From positions 248,001 through 312,000 of the IMG/VR virus record IMGVR_UViG_3300032046_000001: a stretch of 64,000 bases of DNA, one strand, 5' to 3'. The translations under genes and the position numbers were made by a program. The notes beneath the pieces are model-generated. The model searched no databases and had not been told where the DNA came from. It was given only the letters and a program-made list of their open reading frames with translations. Positions 63,600 to 64,000 of the stretch are shown here, in pieces. How positions within the stretch are numbered: the stretch's first letter is position 1; every line of letters starts with the position of its first letter.

Positions 63600-64000
63600 T
63601 TTGTAAATTTACCAGGACCACTACTATCACTTTCAATAATGTATGTTGCTAATATATTATTATTAGTTCCGACTGATATTGGATTTGAATAAATTCTGAG
63701 TCGAGCTGAAATTAAATTACTATCATCATCATAACTTGGTAAATCAATAAAAATATTTTCATGAACTAAACCCAAAACACGTTTTAAGTCATTTGAAATT
63801 TCAGTACATTTTGAATCAATAATATCTAATTTAATATCCATGTTTGTTGAATCTATAAGAATCTCATCAACTTTATTATTAATTTCATTAGTTGTACTAA
63901 TTATAATATCTGATTTATTATCAATAATATCAATTTTCTCATTAAGATTAGTACAATCTGTACTAAGTATATCAATCTTATTATCGATAATATTTGTTGT
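63578..64000 (-). CDS. 3' part of a coiled-coil repeat protein (possible virion fibre), truncated by the window edge
   Basis: Frame is open to 64000 with IDNKIDI / NEKIDI / NNKVDE heptad repeats. Confidence 0.7.
   Translation of the reverse strand, partial: TTNIIDNKIDILSTDCTNLNEKIDIIDNKSDIIISTTNEINNKVDEILIDSTNMDIKLDIIDSKCTEISNDLKRVLGLVHENIFIDLPSYDDDSNLISARLRIYSNPISVGTNNNILATYIIESDSSGPGKFTNWKQVRS

Noticed and set aside
1-64000. Interpretation as a bacterial chromosome segment because of rpoB/rpoC, gyrA/gyrB, clpX, nadE, pyrE and coaD
   Set aside because: Single-strand gene packing, many tiny hypotheticals, free-standing homing endonucleases, shortened divergent RNAP and topoisomerase subunits, reversed rpoC-rpoB order and no ribosomal-protein neighbours all indicate a large phage.
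1-64000. CRISPR array, rRNA, IS/transposase or integrase
   Set aside because: No regularly spaced repeats, rRNA-like segments or transposase/integrase motifs were seen.
1-64000. Alternative genetic code (stop-codon reassignment), as in some large phages
   Set aside because: Long genes are intact in code 11, TAA, TAG and TGA all end genes at sensible positions, and no suppressor tRNA is present.

Overview
AT-rich, gene-dense segment of a large or jumbo tailed-phage genome. Essentially all real genes are on the minus strand and read in the standard code. A porin and several lipoproteins point to a Gram-negative host. Left to right it carries: a tRNA array (His, Lys, Asp, Trp, Ile-UAU, Glu, plus two atypical CCA-encoding tRNA-like genes); accessory genes (macrodomain, GP88-like, Cx5R phosphatase, methyltransferases, HD hydrolase, a CoaD-CoaE fusion, radical SAM); a dispersed NAD salvage set (pncB, nadE, pncA); ClpX; unsplit multi-subunit RNA polymerase beta and beta' genes separated by a decayed restriction-modification cassette; SbcCD, an HNH-RNA ligase, SF2 helicase, type II topoisomerase, PyrE, DNA ligase and several free-standing homing endonucleases. 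The best candidate for an undescribed system is at 31.1-38.0 kb, directly upstream of the RNA polymerase genes. It looks like a complete ubiquitin-like conjugation locus: a large E2 (family D-like) fusion, a JAB/JAMM peptidase, a ThiF/E1, and a Gly-terminated ubiquitin-like protein with two Rho-N/SAP-like repeats, followed by a second E1-like and a second E2-like gene. A conserved intergenic motif (TATATATATTAATnTGTGA on the minus strand, 8 copies) is probably the phage RNAP promoter. At least four single-base homopolymer frameshifts suggest sequencing or assembly errors, which tempers some fusion and pseudogene calls. All protein assignments come from motif recognition by eye; no searches were run.
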